Positions 50,164 through 50,295 of a stretch of DNA of 50,295 bases are shown in pieces (the first letter of the stretch is position 1; every line of letters begins with the position of its first letter). Source of the DNA: a virus. Both the position numbers and the translations under genes were made by a program. The notes beneath the pieces were generated by a model. It made no database searches. It saw only the letters and a program-made list of their open reading frames with translations, and was not told the DNA's origin. The stretch lies in IMG/VR virus record IMGVR_UViG_3300045988_134262. One strand, given 5' to 3'.

Positions 50164-50295
50164 GCATAAACAGAGTAGTTCTTTTAGGTAATATGACTAA
50201 AGATCCAGAACTAAGAAGAACAGGAAGTGGAAAAGCCGTAACAAATTTCACATTAGCATTGAATAGATATAACAATGATGATGCAGATTTCGTTG
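50160..50295 (+). CDS. ssb: Single-stranded DNA-binding protein, N-terminal part (continues at base 56 of the window through the 55-bp overlap)
   Basis: ATGA overlap with erf. See feature 1..360. Confidence 0.85.
   Translation, partial: MSINRVVLLGNMTKDPELRRTGSGKAVTNFTLALNRYNNDDADFV
50241..50295. repeat. 55-bp exact copy of bases 1-55 (circular closure / assembly overlap)
   Basis: Direct comparison of both ends shows identical sequence. Confidence 0.95.

Overview
The window is a complete, circularly closed tailed-phage genome. Bases 1-55 are identical to 50241-50295, so the unique length is 50,240 bp, and the ssb gene is split across the junction. The capsid module is HK97-type and the tail module is siphovirus-type. 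The sequence is very AT-rich, and its features suggest a low-GC Gram-positive, probably Clostridia-like, host: XhlA/XkdW/XkdX-like genes, an Amidase_3 plus PG_binding_1 endolysin, and sigma-A promoters. All but three genes are on the + strand.

Modules in order:
- 43.0-50.3 kb, continuing into 1-3 kb: early region of single-gene cassettes, followed by a recombination module (Cas4-like exonuclease, Erf, SSB, NinB-like, MazG-like, HNH endonuclease, RusA-like).
- 3.2-4.2 kb: replication initiator with internal iterons.
- 4.6-8.8 kb: 7-deazaguanine DNA-modification island (SPL-like radical SAM, ParB-like, DpdA-like, QueD, QueE, FolE). No QueC is present anywhere in the genome.
- 8.8-17.7 kb: accessory region of small genes, including a PAPS-reductase-like PP-loop enzyme and a five-member paralog array.
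- 17.7-19.3 kb: an ORF-poor stretch of about 1.6 kb with structured elements, 33-bp repeats and a promoter-to-terminator RNA.
- 19.3-26.8 kb: terS-like gene, GIY-YIG remnant, SGNH esterase and fibre genes, full lysis cassette, and an HNH-P-loop fusion.
- 27.3-42.9 kb: terminase, portal, protease, capsid, connectors, tail, tape measure, Dit/Tal/RBP, and a second holin/XhlA-like pair.

No integrase, CI/Cro-type switch, tRNA, CRISPR array, DNA polymerase, helicase or primase was recognised.

The signals most worth following up are:
- the QueC-less deazaguanine island with two extra enzymes;
- about 14 near-identical promoters carrying an embedded dyad operator;
- the tandem diverged paralog family;
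- a 28-bp conserved element placed after stop codons;
- the structured non-coding loci at 17.7-19.2 kb.

All functional calls rest on motifs read by eye and recalled family signatures. No database search was run.
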